Shown one piece after another: positions 62,626 to 64,000 of a stretch of DNA of 64,000 bases (its first letter is position 1; each line of letters opens with the position of its first letter). A program made the position numbers and the translations under genes. The DNA is from Tubulanus polymorphus. Taxonomy: Eukaryota; Animalia; Nemertea. The DNA lies in assembly GCF_964204645.1 (NCBI RefSeq), contig NC_134029.1:3224001-3288000 (forward strand), given 5' to 3'. The notes below the pieces were generated by a model. The model did not search any database, had not been told where the DNA came from, and saw only the letters and a program-made list of their open reading frames with translations.

Positions 62626-63376
62626 CTACAAATATATAGACACGACTCGAGTCGTTAGAAGTCTATTATTGAACTTTGATCAGGGTGGAGGGGTGACTAG
62701 ACTGGGAACGGTTGCGGGTTGAATTGGAAATAGTTAATTCTGCGAGGGAAACTATTCATACGTTACTAACTATATGATACAGTTTATATACTTATGCAGT
62801 TTTGGGACGCGGAATATTCTGCCCAAATACTTTGAAAGCACCTATAACTATATTATGCTATGTATAATTTTTGGTGGAAACTCGAGGGAAGATAATGAGA
62901 TAACAATAAACGGGACTCATTTATCGTACAATATATACAACCTTAAAACCTAAGCATTAATCTATGATCTAATACCAACAATTTCATGTGAGGAATCATA
63001 TCGGTATCTTATGATCTAAATCTACTATTCTAAATGTATTCTAAAAGTTATTGTACTTACTTTCCATCATTAGTTTTGCTTAAAAATTCAAATACCCATC
63101 TATCCGAAATTTCAATAAGATATCATCAACATCGAAATATCACATCTTCGAATTTGAAATTCAGAAATTCAGTTCAGCATCAAGTTAGGAGTTTGGATTT
63201 GTAGAAATTAAATGTTTTTCATAAAATCGTAATGATTACAATCGATCAGGGACACAATCTACATAATTTTGGTTAAAAAATGATTAAGATTCCTAATGTT
63301 AAGAAAATGATTTGAATACGTTTAATTCTAAGTTAAATTCGTAATTATTGATAGTCAATTGAAATGAACAGCTTAC

Positions 63377-63490
63377 CTTTTCTGTTTCTGTTTGGTTTCT
63401 GTTACTCTAACTAAAACTACCACTACTTTAAACTCCGCTGCTTAATTTTGAAGTGACTGAATCATCGATGTTCGGCTGCACATATAAAGA
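63377..63490 (-). promoter_or_regulatory. Candidate promoter and non-coding first exon of the cyclophilin
   Basis: Minus strand: TATA-like TTTATAT ~28 nt upstream of Inr-like TCAGTC (63460-63455), then donor AAG|GTAAGC below 63377. A second donor AAA|GTAAGT lies below 63061. Confidence 0.5.
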
Positions 63491-64000
63491 CGCCTGGCCT
63501 GTAAAACGTGGTCTCCAAAAACCAATCAGTGCTCGGGCAGCTGTTCAAAACAACCGCTTTCCAGATCATTTTACGGTTGCAGTGATTTTCACGGAGGGTA
63601 GACTAGCTTCCGTTTATCTCGACATGAATCAATCATCTGATGAACTAAACGGCTAAAATTTGGGATAAATAACCCTGATCTTATATCAAGATCTTTACTT
63701 TCGTTTGTTTCATGTAAAGGTTTAATATTTACGGTTTTGTCCGGGAGAGCTAGTGACTGATATTAGTGGGGAAATCACAGCCTGCCCCCCATTTTGGACG
63801 AGTTGATATATCGGGCCGGGTAAATGTCGGGTTGGCAATGTAGATGTGGCGACTAGGACGCGTGGCATAGAAGCCTATGTGTTCCTTATTGATTTCTGTC
63901 GTCAAAAATGGCAGATGTCGTGAAGTTGTCATAATTTCCATCGTTTAGTACAATAACTAACATCACAAATGGTGCATTAAACCAAAGCTGGACACAGTGA

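Overview
AT-rich, intron-containing animal (invertebrate-like) genomic DNA; the ORF track misses most genes, so exons were assembled by hand from GT-AG sites with phases checked. Five protein-coding genes. (1) A 5'-truncated malate synthase (+, 1-5243) ending in a peroxisomal SKL signal. (2) TFIIIA/GTF3A with nine C2H2 fingers (-, 6310-9126). (3) Head-to-head with it, a ~1082-aa protein (+, 9472-14566) whose small 5' exons spell a Scm3/HJURP-type CENP-A chaperone motif and whose C-terminus has a four-cysteine motif. (4) MEF2 (+, CDS 34423-43994) with several candidate non-coding first exons and a long AU-rich 3' region. (5) A secretory-pathway cyclophilin, PPIB/PPIC-like (-, 59637-62625), with two duplicated N-terminal exons only 36 nt apart, probably mutually exclusive. 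Also present: a 5.8-kb decayed CMC-EnSpm-like DNA transposon (TA duplication, CACGTG-rich subterminal arrays) inserted into a ~39-bp satellite, several MITEs/foldbacks, a 16-bp minisatellite and microsatellites. Most notable: the cryptic Scm3/HJURP candidate lying directly upstream of MEF2 (which carries the HJURP_C-related segment), the cyclophilin exon pair, and a candidate microexon at the position of the vertebrate MEF2 beta exon. All identifications come from reading motifs; no searches were run.
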